A stretch of 63,095 nt of DNA, counting the filler, from Lenisia limosa (lineage: Eukaryota; Protista; Breviatea): the NCBI GenBank assembly GCA_001655205.1. It is 17 parts of 17 records of this genome, joined end to end, with 100 filler letters (N's around TTAATTAATTAA, not from the genome) between each part and the next. Parts side by side here need not be neighbours in the genome. Positions count along the whole stretch, not along the records: positions 1 to 8,003 come from LPNZ01006104.1; positions 8,104 to 10,133 come from LPNZ01004732.1; positions 10,234 to 11,783 come from LPNZ01001246.1; positions 11,884 to 13,135 come from LPNZ01009966.1; 13 more parts are not named here. One strand, given 5' to 3'. A program made the position numbers and the translations under genes. Shown in pieces: positions 1 through 12,384 of the stretch. Below the pieces are notes generated by a model. The model was not told where the DNA came from. It saw only the letters and a list, made by a program, of their open reading frames with translations, and made no database searches. The first letter of the stretch is position 1, and the number at the start of each line of letters is the position of its first letter.

Positions 1-192
1 GGGGGGGGGGTGTTATGCCATCGTAGTATTGAGAAGAAACAAATGCTGTACAGTCATAATAATAGTGCAACTTCCGCTGCACTCTGTTATCCCACTTTGT
101 TGCACTACCGATTTGAATTGATTTACGGTGTTCGCCTGGCGTTCTAGTGTTGATTCCACCTCTTACCATTCCCAGCCAACAAATGCGAGCAA

Positions 193-1116
193 ATGGCCCT
201 CCCCTCAGCCGTTGCCACCCCCTCTGCAACCGCAATGGTCCTGCCCAACACCACGTTCATCAAAACAATCCACGTCCCCTCCAAGGGCGAGCTTCCCCCC
301 CTGGAAATTGGTGCTGAATTATCAACGGTTTCCGAGAACCACGCTCCACATGACGATGGCGACCCATATAAAACCCCTCCACAGACCCCGAGACGTGTCC
401 TCCCCAGGTCATCTACCCTGGAGTTCCGACCAATTGCGTCGAGCCCGGGCTGCAGGTCATGTGGTCCGCTCAGTGCGCGTGACAATCACGCGTGCACGCC
501 AAGCCGCACGCCAAACCGCTCTACCCTCCGCCGTCCTGCCCCCATTGACACTGCCCAGGACGACGAGCCAGTCTTCACAATGTACCACGTCAAGGCTGCG
601 GACGAGGCGGTGGACGGCTTCAATATCCAGGTCCNNNNNNNNNNNNNNNNNNNNNNNNNNNNNNNNNNNNNNNNNNNNNNNNNNNNNNNNNNNNNNNNNN
701 NNNNNNNNNNGTCACTAGCCGACGGGAACAAGCCGCTGGATACCCCTGTTTCAACCACTCCAGTCCGACAGAACTCGACGCTCGATCGCCAGGACTCTCT
801 GTTTGCCGACTACAAACTGCCGACCACACCGGGCCTCGAGCTGTCCACCATGAACAGTAGCTTCAACTTCTCGAACCGCGGTGACGTGTCATGGACGGCT
901 CGATCATCGGTGTCCGAAATCAGCTCGCACCGCGGCAGTCTGACAAGCTCCAACGCCGTTCTCGCGGTTAAGAGTCGAAATGAGCTGAAGAAGCGACAGA
1001 AGGAGCTGCATCGTGCCGGCGGCGTGCGGAAGGTCGCCCTCGCAATGAAGTCAAAAAACAGGAGTCAGGGGGCTACTCCGCGTCAGGGGCTCAAGCAGGT
1101 GCCAAAGGTTGTGTAA
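193..1116 (+). CDS. Probable terminal exon(s) of an unknown Ser/Thr/Pro-rich protein
   Basis: The 307-aa frame stays open on both sides of an N gap, is GC-rich and ends in TAA before an AT-rich tract. No recognisable domain. Confidence 0.55.
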   Translation: MALPSAVATPSATAMVLPNTTFIKTIHVPSKGELPPLEIGAELSTVSENHAPHDDGDPYKTPPQTPRRVLPRSSTLEFRPIASSPGCRSCGPLSARDNHACTPSRTPNRSTLRRPAPIDTAQDDEPVFTMYHVKAADEAVDGFNIQVXXXXXXXXXXXXXXXXXXXXXXXXXXSLADGNKPLDTPVSTTPVRQNSTLDRQDSLFADYKLPTTPGLELSTMNSSFNFSNRGDVSWTARSSVSEISSHRGSLTSSNAVLAVKSRNELKKRQKELHRAGGVRKVALAMKSKNRSQGATPRQGLKQVPKVV

Positions 1117-1382
1117 CGTTGTATTACTAGGATAGGTGTGTTGTATGTCATTATTAGGAATTCTTATGTTGTTGGAGCTATTTATTGTTGGTGCTGTTCA
1201 AGACTGGAAAGGGGGAACTTAATTATTCGAGACCTTTCTTTTGCTCATCCACGTCCCTTGTTGAAAGAAGGCTAATGCTGATTTTGACGTGATTGATGTG
1301 ACGTTAACGACCCTCTTTCAGCGGAAAATACAAGATTATATTAAGATGAAAGAACCAAAAAACAAAACAACAAAAGAAACCT

Positions 1383-4300
1383 TTAGTCCTCAGGAGGGAC
1401 CTCTCCACCCAGATCAGTGATCGTTGCCTCAAGCACCTCTCTTCGGACCTCCCCTTCCGCAAGATAAACCATCAGCTCCTCCATTTCATTCTATGGGGGG
1501 GGGGGGTAAAAATGGAAAATTTATGCATCACACACAAAAAGAACACAAGGGTGGTTGAATCCAACAACAGCCCAGGCCAATCCCTGAAGCCCCGCATTCC
1601 ATCACTCGTTAAAGGGGCTGGCCTAAATAAAAGAGGGTAGTATGCCTCATGTAGTCATGGCGTTCATATATTGTATAGAAGTAAAGCCCCCACACCTGGA
1701 GAGCCATATGAGCCGCCTTTTCCTCCTTAAGCTCGGCAACGGGGTTACCCTCGGGTGCCGTGCAATTAGCCTGGGGGAGGATGCTTAGAAAGGAAATGGA
1801 AGCGTAAACAACATCAAAACACTCTGTCCTATCAGAGCTCCAATAGTACAATTAGTCTTGCCCCCCCCCCCCCNNNNNNNNNNNNNNNNNNNNNNNNNNN
1901 NNNNNNNNNNNNNNNNNNNNNNNNNNNNNNNNNNNNNNNNNNNNNNNNNNNNNNNNNNNNNNNNTAATCTGGTTAAGGCGGGCTTTGTCGGTGTTATTGG
2001 CCTCCTGAAATGGGTGGTTGGTTGTAAGTAACGCAAGTGATGGTCCTGTTGGTGAAGACTGTTGAGTGTAGACATAATGAGAGTGCTAAAACAAATGTCA
2101 CCCACTTGGTTCTGAGTAATTTGCTGGGAAAGTTCCTTGACCAGCGCAGCGTCGGCTGAGGGCTTCGACTGAAAACGTCAGAAAAAGGAAATATTAGAAA
2201 AGAAAAGTTGTGAGACAGACAGCTTTCAGTTGAGGGGTGAAACAATCCCTCACAAATAGTCTTATCTGCAGGAATGACAACTGTTACCCCCCTCTCCCGC
2301 ACCAGTTCCTCAATTTCGTTGTTCTGGGACTGGATTCTTGATTTAAGCTAAAGTGTCAGATGAAGATTAAGTTAATATGACAGACAGTGATTACAAGAGA
2401 ATGTACATCTGTATAATATACTAGTATAATACATGATATATTAGGAGAGTGTAAACGTGATTAATCCATAAANNNNNNNNNNNNNNNNNNNNNNNNNNNN
2501 NNNNNNNNNNNNNNNNNNNNNNNNNNNNNNNNNNNNNNNNNNNNNNNNNNNNNNNNNNNNNNNNNNNNNNNNNNNNNNNNNNAGCCGTCTCGGCCGCCTC
2601 TGCATCATATCGTGCCCTATGGGGATTAGCTCATTGCAGCCATTCAAGGGGTGATGGTCTGTTTTGGGACTATAGGGAACTATGGAGAGTAGTGAAAGAA
2701 TGTGGATGGATTCAGGAGGCTTACACGAAATACGCTAACAACACTAAATAACACTGCTTCAAGCCAAGCCCTCAGTATTGACCCACCTGTGCTGCTGGAA
2801 GGCCAGGAACTCGGCCGACTGCATCTGAACACTCATTTCCTCAATGGTGGCAGCAAGGCGCTTGTTCTGTGGAGAGTGTTAAAACGAAACTCTGATGAAT
2901 AATACCAGCGGAAAGGTACTACTGACTACTCACTCTGCCGAATAAAAAAAAGTAAAAAAACAAAGATGATTTCCTCATTCGAAATTGTTAAAATAGATAT
3001 GTACCATTTTGGAAGTATTATGATCAAAAAGACTCACAATGAGGAATGTAAAAATTACAAAGAAGAACACGCATCCTACCTCAGCGTCTTTGTTGGCCAG
3101 TTCTTGGTTCAACGCGCTGACGTCTTCTTCGTGCTGCATAGTAAGCAAGGAGGAATTATACTGGTCACTACATTTTGGGCACACTTTTCTTTACATTGGG
3201 CTTTAGTTCGCCTTTTTTTAATACGGTTTCATATGACATTGAATATTACTATATTATACTGTAGCAGTAATATATATCATATTTAGTCGGGGTACAAACC
3301 TGTCGCACCGCTGTTTCAAGAGCGTTTTGAAGAGCCATGAGGGCTTGAGGGGCCTAAAATGTAAGAATACCAAAGCTAATAAACTGGGAGGCAGGGTACC
3401 TCCTCCCCCAAATTACAGTGATAGAACCCTTTCGGAGTTCCCCCCCAAAAAGTAGCAGCCCTTTTCTGAGACAGTGTATCTTGCAATAATGTCCAACCAC
3501 CACCACCAATGCTTACTGCGTTGTTTTCGGGAAGATATCCATTGGAAGATTGCTGGGCCTAAGGGGTGAGAGAAGTGGGGAAGGGGGGTTTCAATTGACA
3601 AACAGTGACCCACTCCCGTCAGAACTGCCATGATAGGTTACGGAATATAGGCTATGCAGAACAAAGCTAAACCCACTTGGTTAACAGGATGATGCACAGG
3701 GGACGGGGTGTAATGCGCATTGGGCAGGGGCTGTGAGAGTCAGACTTGAGTGACATTTGTCAAGCATAATACCAATGACACCAACCATAACAGGCTGTGT
3801 CACTCTGATGGGGTTGTTTTGGGAGGGCTGGTAAGTTTGCTGACTGCCGAAGAGGGAGGGCTAAGGGGTTACGGATTATGGGCTTCAGGTAGTGGATGGT
3901 TGGATACTCTACAACAGCTTACCTTGGGAGTGGAGAAGGGGGACTGCGAATTGGCGGGGCTTGAATTGGACGAAAGAATAGAGGGCTGGAGGGGTATGTC
4001 ATGTGAATATCAAAAGCAAAATATATTTTGTAAATCCTCACTTATCAATAGGTAATGGGGGGGTGGGGGGAAGGACAAAAACAGGTGACGAAAAAACCAA
4101 AAGGTGTACCAAAAAGAATCCTCGCTTGAGGGAGCAATTATTGATTCACCGCCGTCTGGAAAAAGACTGAAACCATTGATAATCCTCGAAAAAGAACAAC
4201 ATTTCCCCTTTTCGGACCAAAATGAAGCCCTTAAGCCATTAATCACTTTCAAAAAGCCTCATCCCCCCACTTCAGGCGTGAGGGCCTCGGGAACCGGACG

Positions 4301-7300
4301 CATCATTGGAGACTGAGTGTTCACAGCAACCTTGGTGGCCTGGGCAGTGGTGGGCGAAGGGGTTTGGCTGGGCGGTAAGGCGTGGCTTGAGTTTCTTTTC
4401 CAGAGACGGAATTTGCAATAAAACAGCAAATAGCTTCAGTTTTTATATTATAGGTTTTAAGAAGAGAAGCTGTTGTAGTCAGAAATATCAAAAAGTGTTT
4501 TTAAAAATCAGCTCCCCATACGGAACAGTTTGGAGGAACATTTGGGGGTTACGTTCGTAGCTCTTGAGGGAGCTTTTCACAGAGTCTGCAAAGGTTAATA
4601 ATATATTATACCTGCTCAGCATCACCCAATGGTATCTCTGACACCTTTAATGGTTTCAAGATCACCATTCATTGTCGCATCATTGTGACGTCTTGAAATA
4701 ACCAATGTTCAGTATCCCATCTTTGACCCCAGATTAAGCGAAATCGGGACGGGTAATTCGGTCGAGGAAGTGAGACGGCACGCCACAGCCCTGCATACCG
4801 ACAGCATCGTTGTAGAAGGACGCAAACGGCGTGTCGAATACAATCGCATCGCGAGAAGAGGCATCCGTGTTTTGTCCCTCTTCAGCTGCGGCAAAAGCCT
4901 GCGGGGTGAGTGGCGTCACTAGAAGGCCTTTACTATCCTGATTATTTTGGAATATGAAGAGCACATAACTCGTATGATTGATGATACGTATGCACCTTTT
5001 GGTCCATTCAGCCCACAGGTTGCCTTCTGAGCTGTTCCATTTTGGAGTACAGGGTCGATATCCCGATTCTCTTCTGAAGGGTGTCCAGGAGCTCTTGTCT
5101 GGAAGGTAATAAGGGTCCTGTTTCTACGAGCTGAAGCGCGAAGTGATATGATCGAAATTGAGACACATTGGGGACAAAGTAGTGTAAAACATCACACGAA
5201 GTTTCATTCAAGAGAAATGATAAACTAAAAAAGAAGATTGGATTTTACCGACGCAGTGAACCCGACGCCCACCTTGCCATAGCCCCTTGATCGGGACCGT
5301 AGATGCAGGCTTCAGCAAGAATGAGGGCCGCAAGACCAGCAATTGTATCGTTCCTTGTGTTAGTGGCTTCCACCATCTTATACGTTATTAATATCGGCAA
5401 AAAACATGCTGTTTTGAGCTGGAAACGCTACAAATTGAAGATAAAATAGAATTATGTCTGATGTACTAAAATCTGAACAAAAAGGCATGCATATCAGCAA
5501 AATAGTATATCAGAAGCAGCCCAGCACCCACGAGGGCCACGGCGTTGTTGGATGTCAGGAGTTGTTCGGCTGCCTGGCGTGACCTTCGAAATCAGGGGAG
5601 GGCGAGGGGGGGGGGGTATCTTTAAAACAAAACCNNNNNNNNNNNNNNNNNNNNNNNNNNNNNNNNGGTTGCGATAATGCGCAAGAGGCCAGCAACAGAG
5701 GCTTCTTGCTGCGTTGAGGCTTGAAGCGTCTTTTGAAGAACTGGTGGGGAATGAGAAAGAGAAAAAACAATGGGATGATCGGAGATTGTAATACCAAAAA
5801 AATCGTCAAGGGATTAATTTAATCCCAAGCTTGTATTGCTTTTGCCTCAGAAACCCTCTAACGGTTAACACAGGTGGGAAGGAGGGTGGCGGTGGGGACG
5901 CCTGGCTCGGGCAAATCAAGGGGAATTCGCAGCATGATCTCCTGGTGCGTAAAAATAAATTGGTGGAGTGTAGCTTATCATAAGAAAGCACATTAAAAAA
6001 GAGGATGTCTCACAATCTATATGACAGAATGATAAATATGGTATTGCATCACTGTGGTGAAGCAATTTGCACATCAATAGAATCACCCGCCAACTTTGCA
6101 CGTGGAGTTGTCCTGTAACACGCCGGCAAAGCCACAACAGGCAAACCTAAACCAGTTGGAAACGAGTAAATTGGCATTGTAGCACAGTAGAAGGGGAGAG
6201 GGGGTGAATCTCTGAAGAAGCTGACCAATTGCTTTCATATCCATGGGTGATATGTTACGACAATATCCGAAGACAAAAAACTTGCAATCCTCCACTACAG
6301 CGTACCATGTGGCAAGTCCATCCGGGTTGGATTCGCATGAACGCACAGTAGCAAGGAGAAGCCTCCCTGTAGAGTGAGGCTTCATTCTTAGTGCTTCATT
6401 TCAATCAGTATTGGAATATCAGATAAGCCCTTTAACACAGTCCACCGTGAAAAGAAGACAAGAAGAGAAACAAACTAAACCCATTTTTCACCTTCACTTG
6501 AATGCGAAACATGTTCATTGTCCTCCATGTCTAAAGGGGTAAGTTTAGGCAGAGAATATAATATCCACGAGCGAAATTTCAATTTCATGGGTATCTGAGA
6601 TCTGAGAAGTACCCAAATAATATATCCCTCTTTTTCGCTTTTTCAGTATATCGAATCTGTGTAATTTAAATCATGAGAAAATAGTCAACTCAAATATTGG
6701 ATTTTCTTCCACCCACCCGGCGAGGGCGTAATGCTTGAAGCCATGCGCATTTGACCCTCGGGGTACTGGTGAAGGAAGGACTGAACCACCGAGGCGGCGG
6801 CGGACCGAAGGCCCAGGTGTTGTGAGTGGATGGTGAACACCGTGGCTCGGCGGAGGGGTGAGCCGACTAATGACTGCAATGGTAAGTGATAATTATCCTC
6901 CAGTTATGATGTCATCTGAACTACACCTTGAAATTTTTTGCTGCATGCAAAGCCCGAAACAGGCATATGTCAAATTAGAATTGAAAAGCGATAAGGCTGA
7001 CAATGCAGAATTATGGTAATACCAGCTTGTTAATATATAAAGACTGACCGCCCATTGCCCACAATTTCACCAAGAACTGACACGCGTCCGGTGGTCTAAA
7101 GGAGTGGGAACATGGGGTAATTATGATAATCTGACTAGCCGTTCATACTGTCAGTTTATAATGTAAGGAGGACAGTTTTCCGAGTAGATGAACGCAGGTA
7201 TCGTTGTATAGTAGAGAGGACACCATAATAACAGACTGAATGTAGATGCTGTGCATCATACACGAATACAATTGTAGAGAGAACACTACCCTTCAGTCCG

Positions 7301-8003
7301 CAATACCTTGAGATCTGACGCCGCGAACGAGACCTTTGCAGCTTCGACATTGGCCACGAGGTCCGCGAGAGTCTTCAGAGCCTGGTAAGGGTTAGTCTTT
7401 CAGGTTGAATGTCAAATGAAAGGGGGGGGGGGGGTCAAGGGCTTNNNNNNNNNNNNNNNNNNNNNNNNNNNNNNNNNNNNNNNNNNNNNNNNNNNNNNNN
7501 NNNNNNNNCACCACCCCCTCCCCACAATAGTTCTGAGGTCGTCAAATCCGTGGCACTCGAGAGCGATTGCGGTGACGGCTGACACGAGGCCGGCCTGGGT
7601 CATTGCCTTCTGGAGGTGTGAGATAAAATAGTTATTGACTTGAACATCAGGTGGAAAATGGGTTTATTTTAAAAAATATACAGGTATATTTGTACCCACA
7701 ATATTTTTGGCAGTATTGGCAGCGTCAGAGCCCGACGTTAACGACCGCACCAGTTGGACCGATAAGGAAAGCATCGCGGCCGACTTGTCAGTCAGACGAC
7801 CCGGCCTAGGGAGTGAAATGAGGGCTTCGAGGATTATCGATAGGTTGCCTAGGCACCCGAATAAGAGGAAAGAGTTGTTGCCAAGTGAACCATTTCACGA
7901 GTGGATACACCCAAAGAGAATGACATTCAAAGACAAGATTAAAACAGCCTTTTGCCTACACCAGTAGTGGCACAAGACGAGGTATCACGGCTGTTTCACG
8001 GAA
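1383..8003 (-). CDS. USO1: General vesicular transport factor p115/Uso1 (multi-exon, 5' end lost at spacer gap)
   Basis: Exons in p115 order: FRETAVIPRLVPLL; LSVQLVRSLTSG; QKAMTQAGLVSAV; HLGLRSAAASVVQSFLHQYPEGQ; IAGLAALILAEACIY; LLDTLQKRIG; coiled-coil exons; C-terminal NEMEELMVYLAEGE...ITDLGGEVPPED*, resembling the p115 acidic tail. Confidence 0.88.
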
Positions 8004-9155
8004 NNNNNNNNNNNNNNNNNNNNNNNNNNNNNNNNNNNNNNNNNNNNTTAATTAATTAANNNNNNNNNNNNNNNNNNNNNNNNNNNNNNNNNNNNNNNNN
8101 NNNGAAACTATCAACATTAACTGCTCTGTTGCGTCAACTCTAAGTCGATCTAAATCATCAAAAGCGAAAACGTGAAATAAATCTTGTTGGGAATATGCTT
8201 CCTATAAATCATAGTACATTCAGAATTTGAAAATTTGCTTATGAAGGCTTTTTAATCCAGTAATATACTGTTGAGGACATGTTTGAACAAATTAATATAA
8301 AAAAAAAGAATATGATATGTTATTTGGCGTATTTCAAAAGATTACGGACATTAATATCTCGTAAACTCCTACGATTATATAATAATATACAATTAAAACA
8401 AAAATTTACAAAGTCAACTCTTGTATAGTGTTACCTTCTCACTTTTTGTTTGCATTGCTCAAGGTCCATATTTTCTAACAATAGTTGCTGAGTCAGTTTT
8501 AATCGAGACCTGAAATCATTAAAAAAACACATGGGGGGGGGGGGGGNNNNNNNNNNNNNNNNNNNNNNNNNNNNNNNNNNNNNNNNNNNNNNNNNNNNNN
8601 NNNNNNNNNNNNNNNNNNNNNNNNNTCGGATTTTTGGCCTTGGGACTAATGTACCCAATAACTTCCTGCAATGTAACAAGTAACACCTACCCCCTAATAT
8701 TTTATGCTTCTTGGTGAGAATATTTGGATCATGTATTTAAGATAGTTCACTCCCTTTTTGATTAATAAAAGTGCGGTAAGCAATTAAAAAGACCCTTCGG
8801 GAAAATTCTGCAAGGTAATATTTTGTATGAAATAGTGGGGTAGAAAAAACGTAAAAATGCCCATTTTCCTAGACTTTTGAGGTTGTTCCAATTATGGACG
8901 TTTTTGGGCTTCGCTTTTTCACATTTTTGAAACACGATATTTGAGGAATTTGAATAATTTAAGTGACTACGCAAAACCAATACATACCCATCGTCGATAT
9001 ATTGTAGTATTAGCCTCATATAGCCTCCGTTAGGCGCATTCCAGGCAATTTTCACCTATTTTTAGAATTTCCATTTCATGGCTGTTTTATACGAAAAACT
9101 ACCCTGCGGAATTATCCCGAAGGCTCATTTTAATTACTTACCACACTTTTAGTAT

Positions 9156-9566
9156 TTATTTTGTTTCAAAATCAAAAAAAGAACTGAACCACCCTAATTC
9201 AAATAAGTTATCAAAAACTACTGTCATATACTTCGTTGGGAAAGAAGGGCGACCTTGCTTCCTTCCAGCTAGCTTGACATCAACAATACTGCTTCCGGTT
9301 GATTTCACATTCTGTTGAATTCTTTTAATTGACAACGAAAGGGTGGCGTGGGGGATGAACACAGCATATCCACTTGGGGTTGGAAATACCTGAAACGAGG
9401 ACATTTTATATGTCGAATCAGGAGGAAGATTTAAAAAATCAGTGGCTGCTTTCAGCAAATATCGGTGCTTTTCAGTGTCAGTAAGGTGAGTTTCCCAGAC
9501 GTTCTTCTCAACATGCATGTCAGCGACATCGTAGAAATTCGGGGCTGGTTTTCGACCGGGCCCCAT
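9156..9566 (-). CDS. Intronless ~136-aa ORF of unknown function (MGPGRKPAPNFYDVAD...FFDFETK*)
   Basis: Open frame from the ATG at 9566 with globular-protein-like composition. No family recognised. Lies next to a dispersed repeat. Confidence 0.4.
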   Translation of the reverse strand: MGPGRKPAPNFYDVADMHVEKNVWETHLTDTEKHRYLLKAATDFLNLPPDSTYKMSSFQVFPTPSGYAVFIPHATLSLSIKRIQQNVKSTGSSIVDVKLAGRKQGRPSFPTKYMTVVFDNLFELGWFSSFFDFETK

Positions 9567-10347
9567 CCTAAATCTGTGAAATACAGAAACAAAATGGAAG
9601 AAAAGAAATCGCCAATGCAAGCAAAATCGAGAAAAGTAGGTTGCTTTTTTAAAAAAAAATCTGAATTTCACTCATTTTGAACGTGCTAATACCCCCACCA
9701 ATGTAAAAAATGAGGGGGGGTTGGAAAATTCAAAAAATGAAGAAATTGTAAAAATATTTTTAATTATTGGACCTTTTTTTTTTCCACTTTATGGTTTAAT
9801 TTTCTTTTTTGTTCCATTTCACTCATTTTGAACGTACTAAATTTCTACGTAATCCTGAAAGCCCCAATAAGGTGAAAAGGGGGAGGGGGGCAAAAAAAAA
9901 GACAAATGGGGGGGTTTCGAAAATATAAATTTTTATTTTGACCCCCTATTTTTTAAAATACTAAATATATTTTTCTGACCCAAGATTGGATAGTGTTTTT
10001 TACAAAATCAACAGAATCCCACTTACGTTTGAGTTGCCTTCGTTGTCAGCTCTTGAAATACAGTTACTGTAACACAGTGATAATGTAAAAAAAGGGATAA
10101 AATAAAAAAAAACACAATTAAATAGTCCGGGGTNNNNNNNNNNNNNNNNNNNNNNNNNNNNNNNNNNNNNNNNNNNNTTAATTAATTAANNNNNNNNNNN
10201 NNNNNNNNNNNNNNNNNNNNNNNNNNNNNNNNNTTTCCCTGTCTGTACGCTGGAGTGATGGGATGCGGTGCTGCAGAAGCGACTGGGATATTTTTGTTCC
10301 ATAATTTTACAATTCTTTGTTTCATTTAATGTCCAATTCTAATTTTA

Positions 10348-11783
10348 CCCATAGGATAACGGCCTTCAAAGAAGCGGTTCATGGCAAATTGGCCATTGCT
10401 GGCTTTGACGATGGCGATGTAGCCTTCCTGTCACATACTAAGGTGGGTGGGGACTATGGGGACTATTGGAGGGGGGAGTAAACAAAAACTTTGTGTTGAA
10501 CAGAGGATTCACCTAAGTCAAGTCTCAAAGCAGTGTGCCTACTGGTTGGGCTTGATGGGTGTAATTACTCGTTTTATTTCATCTCTACATATTGTATTAC
10601 AACTAGGGATTCCTTGCGTCCGAAAAAGATCATCATAATATCGATATTTATAGAGAATTTATCGGGAAATTCAGTCTTTTTTGGGACTGTAGGGAAGCCA
10701 TAATTAAAACTGTAGTTTCTTAAACCGTCACATTTCCATCTCTAAATAGTACTTCATTCCGACACAGAAAATGACTGAATTTGTCGATAAATCATCAATA
10801 TATTTCGATCACTGCCTATCTTTTTCGTCTGGAGTGAATTACTAACTCCAAACTAGGGCTTCACACTGGTACGAAAAATATCAAGGATTGATCGAGGTCT
10901 ATTGATATTTATCGAGGGTTTATCGAGAATCCAGTCTTAGTTTTTGTATTCAAAAGGAAGCCATACTTCAAACCCGCTCCATTCTAACAATGCAGCGGAG
11001 TAACGGATCCCGGCAAATGACCGTGCTAAACAGACACGCTGGTAGGATGGTGTATTCTGACTCTGTGCAATTGGAATTATTGACATATAATTGAAAATCA
11101 CTGTCTGAAAAGGATGTCGTGTAACCTAGGTTCAAGTTCTCATTCTTTGCTTTGATTATCATTATCCAAAACAGTATGACATCCCCCCCCCCCCGCNNNN
11201 NNNNNNNNNNNNNNNNNNNNNNNNNNNNNNNNNNNNNNNNNNNNNNNNNNNNNNNNNNNNNNNNNNNNNNNNNNNNNNNTCTATTGTTTCCAAAACTGTC
11301 ATTTCACTTGTTTTGTTGTTATCATCGTGTGTGTTTTCAGCCAACAGAGTTGATTTGGCTTTTTTTTTATCAATTTTCTAATTTTACTCTCCTCCCATAG
11401 CTCACCAATCATCCATATCCTGTGTGGCCTTGTCCACTAACTGGTCGACTGCTGTCACCGGTGACTTTGACGGAAGAGTGGGTGGGGTATTAGGGGGTAC
11501 TCTTGGATGGGCGAGAAGTAACACCAATCCCCTTCCATAAAAGGCAGTTATTATCACCTCCCTTCTATTTTAGGCAAGTAACAGCGCTTGTCTTCCATAT
11601 AAGGCATTTAGTATGACCTACCTTCTATATAAGGCAATTAACAATGCAGGTGGTCACGTGGGACCTCCATACCTTCCGCCCGATCCTGGAGCTAGCGCAT
11701 CTTCCGTCGGTCATCAGCGGAATTACCATTGGCAGGGAAAATGGCCAAGTCTACGTATCAGCCGGACCTGAGGTGCGGGGGGG
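10348..11783 (+). CDS. C-terminal WD40 region of a BEACH-domain protein (WDFY3/LYST-like), partial
   Basis: Phase-compatible exons give ...AIAGFDDGDVAF...RHAAHQSSISCVALSTNWSTAVTGDFDGRVVTWDLHTFRPILELAHLPSVISGITIGRENGQVYVSAG. This resembles the GHxxxVTC...SGSxDxTCIIWDL...TGDI pattern of BEACH proteins. Confidence 0.6.
10604..10965. mobile_element. Two diverged H1 MITE copies (10604-10702, 10854-10965)
   Basis: TAGGG termini and conserved ATCGATATTT core; TSDs ATTACAAC/ATTAAAAC and CTCCAAAC/CTTCAAAC. Further copies near 15532, 15942, 20541, 26202, 38157, 39809, 40759, 59186 and 62330. Confidence 0.8.
11331..11400 (+). repeat. Splice-acceptor-associated repeat module (representative copy)
   Basis: CAGCCAACAGAGTTGATTTGGCTTTT...AATTTTCTAATTTTACTCTCCTCCCATAG directly abuts a coding exon. 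About 15 related copies lie in other introns. Confidence 0.85.
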
Positions 11784-12384
11784 NNNNNNNNNNNNNNNNN
11801 NNNNNNNNNNNNNNNNNNNNNNNNNNNTTAATTAATTAANNNNNNNNNNNNNNNNNNNNNNNNNNNNNNNNNNNNNNNNNNNNTTGGAGATCCCCCGTCT
11901 CACCCCTGTACAACCTAAGCTATGCGATGCGGTGCTGCAAGCGACTGGCCGGCTTTGTTTTGTTGTTTTGTCAGCCAACAGAGTTGATTTTGTTTTTTTT
12001 GTTTCATAATTTTCCTAATTTTACACCCCCCACCCAGGAAGATATCAAAAAAATAAAAAAAATGCATAGGGTAGGAGGTATTTTTATGTTCCTTCTTTCC
12101 CTCTTGGAACCTCCCCCCCCCCCCNNNNNNNNNNNNNNNNNNNNNNNNNNNNNNNNNNNNNNNNNNNNNNNNNNNNNNNNNNNNNNNNNNNNNNNNNNNN
12201 NNNNNNNNNNNNNNNNNNNNNNNNNNNNNNNNNNNNNNNNNNNNNNNNNNNNNNNNNNNNNNNNNNNNNNNNNNNNNNNNNNNNNNNNNNNNNNNNNNNN
12301 NNNNNNNNNNNNNNNNNNNNNNAAATAAAGCCCAAAATCAACTCTGTTGGCAAAACATTGAAAAAAAACAAAACAAAACAAAAA

